From Candidatus Hydrogenedentota bacterium (GTDB lineage: Bacteria; Hydrogenedentota; Hydrogenedentia; Hydrogenedentales; GCA-2746185), in assembly GCA_046583315.1 (NCBI GenBank), contig JAYGCN010000078.1:1-33615 (forward strand): 33,615 nt of DNA, read 5' to 3'. Made by a program: the position numbers and the translations under genes. Below the pieces are notes generated by a model that searched no databases, was not told where the DNA came from, and saw only the letters and a program-made list of their open reading frames with translations. How positions within the stretch are numbered: position 1 is the first letter of the stretch; each line of letters starts with the position of its first letter. Shown here piece after piece: positions 15,883-25,387 of this stretch.

Positions 15883-17907
15883 TTAGTTTTCCCATTTTGG
15901 TTCGAGTTCGATGTAGAGTGTGTAGATGCCGCGCAGAACTTTGAACACGACGGAGTCCGGTTTCTGTTCTGCGATGGTTTCCATAGCTTCTTGCAGGCTA
16001 TCCGATGTGTCGACGGATGTGTCGCCGACGGCTTGAATCAGGTCGTTCGTCTGCAGCATTCCCAGCGCCGCCCAACTACCGGAGACGACTTCATCGACCA
16101 GTACGCCTTCCTGTTTTCCTTCCCATTGACGGTCCGCATCGTCAAAGAAGGTAGTATCGCGAACGGTGAATTCGAAGTTGTCGTCTCTATATTTTTTCAT
16201 TTCCCGTCGAAGCTTGGGTGAACGGATCAGTTCCACATCAAGTTCGGTCGGTTTCCCATCGCGTTGCACGCCAAGCGTGATGGTTGTGCCTGCACGGTAA
16301 GCGCGTATGAGCGCGGGGAGTTCTTCATAGTGCTCGGGCGCATCGGCCGTGAGGGCTTCGTCGTCGACAGAGTAAATAATATCCCCTTCTTGAAGTCCGG
16401 CTTTATCGGCTGTGGATTCTGGGTAGACGTGTATGACCCTGAATCCTTTGCGGTCCGGTGTGCCCAGTGCTTTGGCGATATCACGCGTGAGTACCTGGGT
16501 CTTTACGGGCAACCAGGCTTTTTTGACTTCCAATCCGGGATCGTTCAGTTCGCGTATGCCGACGTTCACCACGGTGACGAGTGTTTCGGTGCCGCGAACG
16601 AAGGTTGTCAGAACGGGAACGGGATCTTCGGAATCACCAATTGATTCTTCGGTGACGGCCTGCAGGGTGGCGAAATCGGGGATATCCCGGTCTCCCATTT
16701 TGATGATTACGTCGCGTGATCGTAAACGAGGTTTTGCATCGCCAGCGGGTCCGCCGGGGCGTATGGAGCTGATGTAAACGCCCTCTCGTGTATCGCGTTT
16801 GAGTTCCTTGGACATGACGAAGGAGATGTTCTGCGCGGTGATCCCCCATTCGCGTAGTTCGTGATCTTTGAGTTTGCGGTTTTCTCGTAGTATCGCTGTG
16901 GCGTGTAGGGATTTCTTTGATCCACCACGCATGACTTCCAACTCGATCTCTTTTCCAATGGGAAGGTTTGCCAGCATACCGTTCAGTGTAGGCAGGTCCT
17001 CATCGAAACGCACATATACAGCATCCCCGTTGAGTGTAAGCAGGATGTCTCCAGACTCCACACCCGCAAGGTCTGCTGGCGATTCAGGTACCGCTCCGGT
17101 GACCAGTACACCGGTCTTTGAATCGTCCATTTTAAGCATTGGTTGGACCTTCAAACCAAGCCAGCTACGTTCGACTTTCCCTGTTTCCATGATTGATTCA
17201 GCCATGGCTTTGGCGAGATTGCCGGGAATGGCTCCGCCGAGCGCAATGCTGATTTCGTTGATTCCGATTATAGAGCCGCTCATGTCTACGAGTGGACCAC
17301 CGGAGTTTCCGCCGAAAATGAACGCGTCGTGCGCTATCCATCTGACCAGTCCGCCGACATTTTCACCGTCGAGGTCAAAACTACCGAATCCCATTCGACG
17401 GGGCATTACGAGTTCGGTGTTGCTCACGATTCCGAGGGTCACGGATTGCGAAAGGGCCATGGGGCTACCCATCGCCATGACATAATCGCCTACCTCGACC
17501 GCATCGGAGTCTCCAAAGGTTGCTACGGGGAATTTCCGGCCGTCTTTGGGCAACAACTGGATGATGGCGATATCGGTGGCGGGGTCGGTTCCAATGAGTT
17601 TTGCCGGGATTTCCTCACGATTGGAGAGTGTGCAGATAAGCTGGGTGGCGTGTCCGGCGACGTGATGATTGGTAATCACGTGGCCTTCCGGGGTGATAAT
17701 GGCCCCGCTGCCGGCGGATTGTACCTTAATCGCACGCCCTTCCCAGTATTCGGTGGAGACGACGTAAATTCTTACTAATGCTGGCTTTACGGCCTTGACG
17801 ACTGAGTCGATCGAGGGTTGTGCGGGGCTGTTGGGTGATTGACCTACTGCGGATATGGAGCCGAGCAGTAAAAGGAAGGAGACGAGTGGAACGGATAGGA
17901 ATTTCAT
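15883..17907 (-). CDS. HtrA/DegP-family exported serine protease with about four PDZ domains
   Basis: Signal peptide. Triad 'TNHHV', 'ATDIA', 'GNSGGPL'. PDZ signatures 'SPADLAGVESGDIL', 'GPAGDAKPRLRSRDVI', 'STADKAGLQEGDII', 'SWAALGMLQTNDLI'. Confidence 0.92.
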   Translation of the reverse strand: MKFLSVPLVSFLLLLGSISAVGQSPNSPAQPSIDSVVKAVKPALVRIYVVSTEYWEGRAIKVQSAGSGAIITPEGHVITNHHVAGHATQLICTLSNREEIPAKLIGTDPATDIAIIQLLPKDGRKFPVATFGDSDAVEVGDYVMAMGSPMALSQSVTLGIVSNTELVMPRRMGFGSFDLDGENVGGLVRWIAHDAFIFGGNSGGPLVDMSGSIIGINEISIALGGAIPGNLAKAMAESIMETGKVERSWLGLKVQPMLKMDDSKTGVLVTGAVPESPADLAGVESGDILLTLNGDAVYVRFDEDLPTLNGMLANLPIGKEIELEVMRGGSKKSLHATAILRENRKLKDHELREWGITAQNISFVMSKELKRDTREGVYISSIRPGGPAGDAKPRLRSRDVIIKMGDRDIPDFATLQAVTEESIGDSEDPVPVLTTFVRGTETLVTVVNVGIRELNDPGLEVKKAWLPVKTQVLTRDIAKALGTPDRKGFRVIHVYPESTADKAGLQEGDIIYSVDDEALTADAPEHYEELPALIRAYRAGTTITLGVQRDGKPTELDVELIRSPKLRREMKKYRDDNFEFTVRDTTFFDDADRQWEGKQEGVLVDEVVSGSWAALGMLQTNDLIQAVGDTSVDTSDSLQEAMETIAEQKPDSVVFKVLRGIYTLYIELEPKWEN

Positions 17908-17947
17908 GAAGCCCTTCTCAAATCTGTCGTAATGATTGACTGAGTGA

Positions 17948-17976
17948 AGGGTATCAGCTTAGGATAGATGAAGCAA
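17948..17976 (-). promoter_or_regulatory. Putative sigma70 promoter for the protease-led run (TTGCTT-N17-TACCCT, with TGn extended -10)
   Basis: Plus strand AGGGTA 17948-17953 and AAGCAA 17971-17976, 17-nt spacer, about 40 nt before the ATG. Confidence 0.4.
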
Positions 17977-17991
17977 CTCGAATTGGAAAGG

Positions 17992-18118
17992 ATAGAGCAC
18001 CTTTGTAGAGGCAAGCCGCAAGTTTAGCGTGATTGTATTTACCCTTGGGGAAGGAGTGACTTGAAATGTTGATCAAGTGCAATCACCCTGCGTGCTCACC
18101 TCTATAAAGGTGCTCTAT
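17992..18118. mobile_element. 127-nt inverted-repeat hairpin element, MITE-like, bounded by TA at both ends; no transposase nearby
   Basis: ATAGAGCACCTTTGTAGAGG (17992-18011) and CCTCTATAAAGGTGCTCTAT (18099-18118) are 19/20 inverted. Inner stem 18029-18040 with 18075-18086. The right TA lies in the TAG stop of the FecR gene. Confidence 0.6.
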
Positions 18119-19401
18119 TGGACAAGATAGGAGCTAAAGTTTGTGAACTTGGCTTCTCCTTTTCCATTGTTGTAGTTTGGGACTACTCTTACGTATGCAA
18201 ACTGCAAACGGGCGTCGGGGCTCGTGCGGTTATATATTCGCGCGGTCGATGTACTCAGATTACTCATGGTTTCGGCCGATATAGCTCCTTTGAATAAAAG
18301 CTTGTTGTCGTCTCCGGAGAATACGTAGACTTGGTATCCGGTTGATTCGGACGAGGTTGGGTTCGGTTCCCATTCAAGTTCAATATAGTCAATACGCTTA
18401 CCGTAGGGTTGGATGCCATACACTTTATCCGCGTGAACCAATAAATCAGGAACGGTGGGCGCGATTTTGCTTGCGAAGAAGTGGAGGGCCTCCACATCTG
18501 CGACGATGGAATCAGCCCATTTCGAAAAGGCCGCGATAACGACTTTACGGGGGGTGATATGGTGTGAATCAGTCGTCACTTCAACCTGTTCACCAGGGGT
18601 AATCTGCACAAAATTATCACCCAATTCAACTTGGACTTCCCCTTCGACAACGGATACGGTGGTACTATTTGAGGCTACATTTACATCAAACGAAGTTCCG
18701 AATACGGTGATATCACCGTTGGGTGTAAAGACTCGGAACATGCGGTCACCCTTGGCTACATCAAGGAAGACGTGCCCTTTCTCGACACTGATGCGGCGAT
18801 CATTGTGAATCAAAATACGGGTATCGGCTGCAAGTTTGATGTCGGTGGGGCCAAGCAGAGTGATCATCATTTGCGCGCGGGAGTCTGTCTCAAAACGATC
18901 ACCGGGCATCGCAAAGGTCATCAGGGAACTTGGTTCGCGTGCGTCGGTCTGCGAATCAATGTGATACGCCGTGCCGGTCTGGTGAGTGACGGAGCCGAGT
19001 ACGGCATTGGGTACAAAGGTTTCGGGCCAGTTTTCTTTGAGGATGTAGCCGAGCGAAATCAGCATAATCCCCACGGCAACGGGAACGGCCCGCATGAGGT
19101 AGTTGCGCCACGATCGTGGGTGTTTGGCGCGTTTATTGACCATCGCGAGATCGCGGTCATTTTCAGTGAGATCGATCATCTCCGGGAGATGTTCCATGAC
19201 GTAGGGTGACAGCGACTCGCCAAGACCGCAAATGGAAAAGGTCTCAAAGAGATCGGCCGTGCAAGAACGCTGGTCCTGCAACAGCGCTTCACACCTCGGA
19301 CATTCGTTGATATGTTTCTCGAATATCACGCGTTCAGAATCGGATTGCTCTCCATCGATATAGGATTGAATCCAATGTTCTATCTTTGTGCACGAGGCCA
19401 A
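18115..19401 (-). CDS. Anti-sigma factor: N-terminal zf-HC2, single TM, FecR domain, C-terminal beta-rich domain
   Basis: 'CTKIEHWIQSYIDGE...EKHINECPRC', TM 'AVPVAVGIMLISLGYIL', FecR motifs 'GDRFET', 'ITVFGTSFDV', 'VSVVEGEVQV'. Overlaps the sigma gene. Confidence 0.88.
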   Translation of the reverse strand: MASCTKIEHWIQSYIDGEQSDSERVIFEKHINECPRCEALLQDQRSCTADLFETFSICGLGESLSPYVMEHLPEMIDLTENDRDLAMVNKRAKHPRSWRNYLMRAVPVAVGIMLISLGYILKENWPETFVPNAVLGSVTHQTGTAYHIDSQTDAREPSSLMTFAMPGDRFETDSRAQMMITLLGPTDIKLAADTRILIHNDRRISVEKGHVFLDVAKGDRMFRVFTPNGDITVFGTSFDVNVASNSTTVSVVEGEVQVELGDNFVQITPGEQVEVTTDSHHITPRKVVIAAFSKWADSIVADVEALHFFASKIAPTVPDLLVHADKVYGIQPYGKRIDYIELEWEPNPTSSESTGYQVYVFSGDDNKLLFKGAISAETMSNLSTSTARIYNRTSPDARLQFAYVRVVPNYNNGKGEAKFTNFSSYLVQ

Positions 19402-19976
19402 TGGCTCTCTCCATGTTGCTGTTCATCACTGTCACTCAAGATCTGTCTTAACTGCCGTGTCGCCCGCTCCAGAATACCGCGAACCCTGGTGTGTTCCAGG
19501 CCCATATAGGTAGCGATTTCCTTATAGCTCAATTCCTGCACGTACCGCAGTACGACGGGAAGTCGATACCGCTCCGGTAGGGTGTCGATAGCACGCTCAA
19601 TTTGCTGCATGCGTTCTTCGCGTTCGAGTGATTTTCCGGGAATGTCACGGGCATCTTCGAATGCGATGGTGCGCTTGTAGGGCAACGGCGTTTCATTCTT
19701 TAACTTTTTGTCGTGCCGTCGAAGCCAGTTTGACGCCGTACGGCAGGTGATCTCTTTTAACCAGGGAGCAAACTTGGAATGGTCGTCGAGTCGCGGCAGA
19801 TTCCGGTACGCGGAGAGGAAAGCGTCTTGCGCCACATCCTCGGATGCACCATAACGGCCCACATAGTAATACGCATTCGCATACACTGAACGCTCGTAGC
19901 GTTTGACCAGTCCAGTGTAGGCTTGTGTATCACCTGTGAGGCATCGCGCCACATATTCGGCGTCCTCAATCTCCAT
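19380..19976 (-). CDS. ECF RNA polymerase sigma-70 factor
   Basis: 'GDTQAYTGLVKRY', 'SEDVAQDAFLSAYRNL', 'FAPWLKEI', 'LPERYRLPVVLRYVQELSYKEIA'. Confidence 0.93.
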   Translation of the reverse strand: MEIEDAEYVARCLTGDTQAYTGLVKRYERSVYANAYYYVGRYGASEDVAQDAFLSAYRNLPRLDDHSKFAPWLKEITCRTASNWLRRHDKKLKNETPLPYKRTIAFEDARDIPGKSLEREERMQQIERAIDTLPERYRLPVVLRYVQELSYKEIATYMGLEHTRVRGILERATRQLRQILSDSDEQQHGESHWPRAQR

Positions 19977-20018
19977 GCACTTATGCTTCCTTTACGTTTC
20001 ACGTAGGCTAAGTGGTAG

Positions 20019-20047
20019 TTCGAGGCAAAAGATCCACATAGTGTTCC
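20019..20047 (-). promoter_or_regulatory. Candidate ECF-type autoregulatory promoter (GGAACAC-N17-TCGAA)
   Basis: GGAAC -35 and TCGAA -10-like elements directly upstream of the ECF sigma gene. ECF sigma genes are commonly autoregulated. Confidence 0.35.
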
Positions 20048-20065
20048 AGAATGGTGCCAATTGGG

Positions 20066-21046
20066 TCAGGCTGGATAGAACTTCAGTATACCATCTTCGT
20101 GAATACTGCCGAGTTCTCCTTGTTCCTCCAGTACCTCGAGGTGACCCACTGAGATGGAGAGTCCCAGATGCAAATGAGGTGCAGGCAGATCGGGGAACAG
20201 TTTGCGGGATATGGCGTAGGGTGTCGTGCGACCGTCCTTCACCAGTTTCATGACTATCGCCGCGCGTCGTGCATGTTTTTCCAGTAGATTATCGATGACT
20301 GCGACGTGGTCGTGAATGAGTTTGCCGTGACCGGGCAGGCATACGCCGAGATTGAGGGCGCGCGACTTGTGCAGGGAGGCCTGGTATTCAAGGAGACTTT
20401 TTGCCCGGGTCTGGCCTTCTTCGGGACGGCGTAACAAGGGGTTGGGATTGGTGTTGGTGAGAATGTGATCGCCCACGATGCTGAATCCGCGTTCCTCGTC
20501 GACAAACAAGGTGTCCGACGCGGAGTGCCCGGGAACGAAGTAGGTATCGTAGGCTAGGGTTTTGCTTCCTTCTTCGACGAAGAAATCCAGATCGTAGGGT
20601 TCGGAAAAACGCCTGAATCGATCATAAAGGGAGTTCGCCTGTTCGATGGTTTCGTCGGGTACGCCGAACTCGGAGAGGATATCCAGAAAAAACTGTTTGC
20701 GCTTGACCGGATCTTCGTCTTGGGGATGTCCGAGCTTGTTCACGAGCGGATGCCCGTAGGCTTTGGCGTTGGTTTCTTCCAAGAGTCGACCAAGCAGACC
20801 CATGTGATCGCGGTGACCGTGGGTGACGATGATGATTTCGATGTCCGAAAGCTGAAGCCCTTCTTCCTTCATGCATCGTGTTAATTCATCGTAGGTTTCG
20901 TCTGTGTTTAGGCCGGTATCGACGAGCGTAATGGGATCATTCTTGAACAGAAAGGTGTTGATCGGCCCTACCGGAAAGGGCGTGGGTAAGGGAATCTTGA
21001 CAATGTTGTGTTTGTCCAGAAAATCGCTCATGGGAATAGCTTTCAT
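20066..21046 (-). CDS. MBL-fold metallo-hydrolase
   Basis: 'LVDTG', HxHxDH 'THGHRDHMG', 'PGHS', 'GDH', 'PGHG', plus a C-terminal winged-helix-like tail. The start may be 21031. Confidence 0.9.
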   Translation of the reverse strand: MKAIPMSDFLDKHNIVKIPLPTPFPVGPINTFLFKNDPITLVDTGLNTDETYDELTRCMKEEGLQLSDIEIIIVTHGHRDHMGLLGRLLEETNAKAYGHPLVNKLGHPQDEDPVKRKQFFLDILSEFGVPDETIEQANSLYDRFRRFSEPYDLDFFVEEGSKTLAYDTYFVPGHSASDTLFVDEERGFSIVGDHILTNTNPNPLLRRPEEGQTRAKSLLEYQASLHKSRALNLGVCLPGHGKLIHDHVAVIDNLLEKHARRAAIVMKLVKDGRTTPYAISRKLFPDLPAPHLHLGLSISVGHLEVLEEQGELGSIHEDGILKFYPA

Positions 21047-21068
21047 GTTTTACGGATGCATGATTCGA

Positions 21069-21926
21069 TCAGGGCATCTTAACGAAATCGATATAGAGAT
21101 CAATGAGTTGCGGTCCGAGAAACATATAGGTGAGCCCGCCTAGCACGATGTAGGGACCGAAGGGCAGGTAATGGCCGACGTTTTCCTCTCCCACGTCGGT
21201 TTCTTTACCGCGGGTGGCAAGAATCATGGTGATTCCAATGATGCTGCCGAAAAAGGAGGCAATGACGATGATTAAGAGAACGCCTGCGGGGCCGAAAAAC
21301 GCGCCGAGCATCGCCAGCAACTTAACGTCACCAAAACCCATGCCTTTTTTCTTGAAGAGCACTAAACTAATCATGTCCAGAGCGTAAAGGATGCCGAATC
21401 CTACTGCGAGTCCAACGAGGGACATGACGGGGTTTTCGAGCAATAACCCGGTATCGGAGACGACCATTGCGAGTCCTGCACAGGCGATCCCGACGGGCAT
21501 CCCGCCGATACTAACTTCGTCGGGAATGGTCCAGTCGGTTAAATCAACGAAGGTCACCAGAACGAGAGACGCGGCGAGCAACATGTAGACGGGTGTGGCG
21601 ATGCTGAGTCCGAATCGCATGAATACGAGATAGAACAAGACGGCGGTGATGGCTTCGACGAGGGGATATTGCCAGGATATGGGTTCTTTGCAGTGGCGGC
21701 ATTTCGCGCCGAGTATGAGCCAGCTGATGACGGGGATGTTGTCGTACCAGACGATGGGAATCTCGCATTTGGGGCAGCGCGAACGTGGTTTGACGACGGA
21801 CAGACCCGCCGGAATTCGATAGACGCAGACGTTGAGAAAGCTACCGATCAGACCGCCCATCAAAAAACTGGCGGCTGCCAGAATGGTCATGATCGAGTCT
21901 TGTGATGCTGGGTCCAATGCGTCCAT
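21069..21926 (-). CDS. pilD: Prepilin peptidase / N-methyltransferase (A24A)
   Basis: 'GSFLNVCVYRIP', 'RSRCPKC', 'KCRHC', 'QYPLVE', 'FVDL', 'GMGFGDVKL', 'LPFGPYI'. Confidence 0.95.
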   Translation of the reverse strand: MDALDPASQDSIMTILAAASFLMGGLIGSFLNVCVYRIPAGLSVVKPRSRCPKCEIPIVWYDNIPVISWLILGAKCRHCKEPISWQYPLVEAITAVLFYLVFMRFGLSIATPVYMLLAASLVLVTFVDLTDWTIPDEVSIGGMPVGIACAGLAMVVSDTGLLLENPVMSLVGLAVGFGILYALDMISLVLFKKKGMGFGDVKLLAMLGAFFGPAGVLLIIVIASFFGSIIGITMILATRGKETDVGEENVGHYLPFGPYIVLGGLTYMFLGPQLIDLYIDFVKMP

Positions 21927-21969
21927 CAATGAGATCGTTCCGAATGAGAATTGTCCACGAAAGACGGGT

Positions 21970-21998
21970 AGTATAGCGCATCAACGCGATTGGGTTAA
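21970..21998 (-). promoter_or_regulatory. Putative sigma70 promoter for pilD (TTAACC-N17-TATACT)
   Basis: Good -10 TATACT at 21975-21970, with a weaker -35 overlapping the trpA stop codon. Confidence 0.35.
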
Positions 21999-22798
21999 AC
22001 ACGACCCTTGGTGGCATCGGCGAGGGTCTTTACGAAGGCCCCTACTTTTGCGGCCGTCTCGGGCGTATCGCCGAGGTCGCCTATCATGCGAACAATGGCG
22101 CTGCCGACGACAACGCCGTCTCCGTACCCCGCGATTTCGCTGGCTTGTTCTGGATTGGATACGCCGAATCCAACCGCGACGGGAATATCGGTGAAACTCT
22201 TGATGCGTTCGACCATGGGCTGGACAGATTTTTCGATGGAGCTTTGTTCGCCGGTGACGCCGGTGCGTGAGACGTAGTAGATGAATCCGGTAGAGGCTTT
22301 GGCGATGACTTCCACGCGCTTTCCGGTACTTGTGGGAGCGAGCAGGAATACGGTGGACAGGCCTGCTCCTTTGAACGCTTCGATATGGTCGGAGGCTTCT
22401 TCGACAGGCAGATCAACACACAGGATACCGTCAACACCCGCTTCGGCGGCGTCTTTGGCCAATGCTTCAACGCCGTAGGCAAGCACCGGATTGAAATAGG
22501 TGAACAGAAGAATCGGAATTTGTGTTTTTTCGCGAAGGCCTTTGACGCAGGCGAGAATATCCGCCAGGCACACATCGTTAATGAGGGCGCGTTGGGCCGC
22601 TTCCCGGTTTACCGGTCCATCCGCCAGCGGATCGGAGAAGGGTACGCCGAATTCGATGATGTCCGCTCCGGCTTTTTCCAGTTCGATCACGAGTTGGGCG
22701 GTGATGTCGAGGGTTGGATCGCCCGCGGTGATGAAGGGGATGAATGCTTTTTCGTTACGGCTTTTCAAGTCAGCAAAACATTGGTCTATGCGATTCAC
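21995..22798 (-). CDS. trpA: Tryptophan synthase alpha chain
   Basis: 'PFITAGDP', 'IEFGVPFSDPLADGPV', 'YFNP', 'VDLPVEE', 'GFIYYVSRTGVTG', 'VGFGVS', 'DGVVVGSA'. The GTG start overlaps the trpB TAG by 1 nt. Confidence 0.97.
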   Translation of the reverse strand: MNRIDQCFADLKSRNEKAFIPFITAGDPTLDITAQLVIELEKAGADIIEFGVPFSDPLADGPVNREAAQRALINDVCLADILACVKGLREKTQIPILLFTYFNPVLAYGVEALAKDAAEAGVDGILCVDLPVEEASDHIEAFKGAGLSTVFLLAPTSTGKRVEVIAKASTGFIYYVSRTGVTGEQSSIEKSVQPMVERIKSFTDIPVAVGFGVSNPEQASEIAGYGDGVVVGSAIVRMIGDLGDTPETAAKVGAFVKTLADATKGRV

Positions 22799-24033
22799 TA
22801 GAAGGTCTCTCCCGGTAATATATATTTCGCTGCCTGAACCACATCTTTGTCGCCGCGTCCGGACATGTTTACGATAACGATTTCGTCTTTCGGCATAGTT
22901 GGAACAATTTTGATCGTGTGGGCAACCGCGTGAGAACTTTCCAGTGCGGGGATGATGCCTTCCAGTCGGCTCATGGTTTGGAAGGCCTCGATGGCTTCGT
23001 CGTCCATGACGTAGGTGTACTCGATGCGTTTGGTGTCGTGCAGAAGGGCGTGCTCGGGACCGACGCTGGCGTAATCCAGACCCGCCGAGACGCTGTGTGT
23101 GCCTTGAATCTGTCCGTGTTTATCCTGAAGCACGTAACTCATCGCGCCTTGCAGCATGCCGAGAGTGCCGCCTGCGAATCGTGCGGCGTGTTTGCCGGAT
23201 TCGATGGCTGTGCCGCCTGCTTCCACGCCTATCATGCGAATGTTTTCATCGCCGACGAAGTCGTAGAAGAGTCCAATCGCGTTGCTGCCTCCGCCGACAC
23301 AAGCGATGAGGGTGTTCGGGAGACGGCCTTCCTGATCGAGAATTTGTTGGCGTGCCTCACGACCGATAACGCTTTGAAAATCGCGACAGATGAGTGGATA
23401 GGGGTGCGGTCCGTGAACGGTGCCCATGACGTAGTGCGTCTCCCCCACATTTGTGACCCAGTCACGCAGGCCTTCGTTGATCGCATCTTTGAGGGTTTTG
23501 CTGCCGGACTCCACGGAGTTCACTTTGGCCCCGAGTAGTTTCATCCGGAACACATTTAGCTTTTGGCGTTCAATATCTTCGGCACCCATGTAGATTTCGC
23601 ATTCGAGTCCTAGCAATGCTGCAGCCGTTGCCGTCGCCACGCCGTGTTGTCCCGCGCCTGTTTCGGCGATGATGCGTTTCTTGCCCATTTTCTTGGCGAG
23701 CAAGACTTGTCCCAATGCGTTGTTAATTTTGTGTGCGCCGGTGTGGCACAGGTCTTCGCGTTTGAAATAGACGCGCGCGCCGCCGAGGTGTTCGGTAAGC
23801 CGTTCGGCAAAATAGAGCGCGGTTGGGCGGCCTACGTATTGTTTGAGAAGGTGCAGGTAATTCTCCTGAAAAACCGGATCGATTTTCGCCTCTTCATAGG
23901 CCTCTTCCAACTCCTCCAGTGCGGGCATCAGGGTTTCGGGTACGAACTTGCCTCCGTACTGCCCGAAGTGCCCGCGCTCGTCAGGATAGGGATGCACGTT
24001 TCGCGTTGTTGATGAATGATCGGATTCGCTCAT
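22798..24033 (-). CDS. trpB: Tryptophan synthase beta chain
   Basis: '[13 protein letters not shown]', '[15 protein letters not shown]', 'AETGAGQHG', '[10 protein letters not shown]', 'SAGLDY', 'SGRGDKD'. The start is ATG 24033 or GTG 23997; both overlap trpF. Confidence 0.97.
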   Translation of the reverse strand: MSESDHSSTTRNVHPYPDERGHFGQYGGKFVPETLMPALEELEEAYEEAKIDPVFQENYLHLLKQYVGRPTALYFAERLTEHLGGARVYFKREDLCHTGAHKINNALGQVLLAKKMGKKRIIAETGAGQHGVATATAAALLGLECEIYMGAEDIERQKLNVFRMKLLGAKVNSVESGSKTLKDAINEGLRDWVTNVGETHYVMGTVHGPHPYPLICRDFQSVIGREARQQILDQEGRLPNTLIACVGGGSNAIGLFYDFVGDENIRMIGVEAGGTAIESGKHAARFAGGTLGMLQGAMSYVLQDKHGQIQGTHSVSAGLDYASVGPEHALLHDTKRIEYTYVMDDEAIEAFQTMSRLEGIIPALESSHAVAHTIKIVPTMPKDEIVIVNMSGRGDKDVVQAAKYILPGETF

Positions 24034-24607
24034 GGTCTTTTTTTCCTGGTTCGGATTCAACGCCCCCGGCTGTGTCGACAGCATAAGGGCGAACGTGTTG
24101 TATGGCTTCGGCGACGTTCTCCGGGGTTAATCCACCCGCAAGAATGATCGGTTTATCATAATGTGTTAACGCTTTGGCGCGCGACCAGTCGGTCACTTCG
24201 CCTGTACCCCCTCGCGCATCGGGTCGGTAGGCATCGAGCAACCAGGCACCTGCTAAGTCGTAGGATTGAATCTCGTCATCGCTGAGTTCATCGCGCAGTC
24301 GAAATACTTTGATCGCTCTATGCCCGAGTGCAGCTGCGTCTTCCACAGATTCTTCGCCGTGCATCTGCACATAATCGACAAACTCTGCATAGTTCGTCAT
24401 TTGGTCTATGGAGGAATTTACGCATACAGCGACAGACGTTACAAGGGGTGGTAATTTTTCAATTATGGTTTTCGCGTCGTCGGGATCGATATAGCGATTG
24501 CGTTTCTTTGCTTCCTCTGCAAAGTTAAACCCCAAGGCATCGGCACCGGCCTCACACGCCGCCATCGCGTCCTCATAATTGGTTATTCCGCAGATTTTAA
24601 CGCGCAT
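23981..24607 (-). CDS. trpF: Phosphoribosylanthranilate isomerase
   Basis: 'MRVKICGIT', 'GADALGF', 'VQMHGEE', 'LLDA...GGTG', '[11 protein letters not shown]', 'VDTAGGVE...GKKD'. Confidence 0.96.
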   Translation of the reverse strand: MRVKICGITNYEDAMAACEAGADALGFNFAEEAKKRNRYIDPDDAKTIIEKLPPLVTSVAVCVNSSIDQMTNYAEFVDYVQMHGEESVEDAAALGHRAIKVFRLRDELSDDEIQSYDLAGAWLLDAYRPDARGGTGEVTDWSRAKALTHYDKPIILAGGLTPENVAEAIQHVRPYAVDTAGGVESEPGKKDHERIRSFINNAKRASLS

Positions 24608-25379
24608 CGGCTTGCAACAGTTCCCGTACTTTCGCACTGATATCATCGCTGGTCACAAAGGCCTCGCCTATTAACATCGCGTCGATACCGCCGTCCTCCA
24701 ATCGCTGGACCTGGTCGCGAGTATGGATGCCGCTTTCGCTGACCAGCACGGTGCCTCCGGGAACGTATCGCTTTAGTTCGAGTGAGCGTTTGTAGTCGGT
24801 ATCAAAGGTCGCTAAATCACGGTTGTTGATGCCAACGATACGCGCCCCAGTAGCCAGCGCGCGTTCAATCTCTTCCTGGTCGTGGGTTTCGACCAATGCG
24901 GCCATTCCAAGGGACTCGGCAATCTCGTGATACTCTCCTAATTGTTCATCTGAAAGTATGCGCACTATCAGCAGGATGGCGTCGGCCTGCGCCAGGCGCG
25001 ATTCGTAAATCTGATATTCATCGACGATGAATTCTTTGCGGATGCACGGGAGATCAACGCTGCGACGTACATTGATAAAGTCGTCGAGGGATCCCTGGAA
25101 ATATTTTTCATCGGTCAAGACCGAAACGGCCGCCGCGCCGTGTTGTTCGTAGAGGCGGGCCAATCCAATCGGGTCAATGTCTTTGAGCAGGACCCCTTTG
25201 GACGGTGAGGCCTTTTTAACTTCGGCGATAAGCTGAATTCCATCTTGCCGTAATGCATCCCGGAATTTACGAGGTGGTTCGAGTGCCTCCAGTTGTTGCA
25301 CAATGGCATTCAATGGAGCGCGGCTCTTGCTACTCGCTACAAACTCTTTCTTATAATCACATATTTCGTCGAGAATCAT
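24597..25379 (-). CDS. trpC: Indole-3-glycerol phosphate synthase
   Basis: 'IAEVKKASPSKG', 'SVLTDEKYFQGS', 'RKEFIVD', 'ADAILLI', 'GINNRDL', 'SESGI'. Confidence 0.97.
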   Translation of the reverse strand: MILDEICDYKKEFVASSKSRAPLNAIVQQLEALEPPRKFRDALRQDGIQLIAEVKKASPSKGVLLKDIDPIGLARLYEQHGAAAVSVLTDEKYFQGSLDDFINVRRSVDLPCIRKEFIVDEYQIYESRLAQADAILLIVRILSDEQLGEYHEIAESLGMAALVETHDQEEIERALATGARIVGINNRDLATFDTDYKRSLELKRYVPGGTVLVSESGIHTRDQVQRLEDGGIDAMLIGEAFVTSDDISAKVRELLQADAR

Positions 25380-25387
25380 GGTAGAAC

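Noticed and set aside
17992..18118. The hairpin as SRP RNA, 6S RNA, tRNA, CRISPR repeat or a simple intrinsic terminator
   Set aside because: It has no SRP domain IV motif or cloverleaf, is short for 6S, occurs once in the window with no spacers, and has no U-tract after the stem.
19993..20005. Small palindrome TACGT-TTC-ACGTA before the ECF sigma SD
   Set aside because: The 5-bp arms are too short to distinguish from chance.
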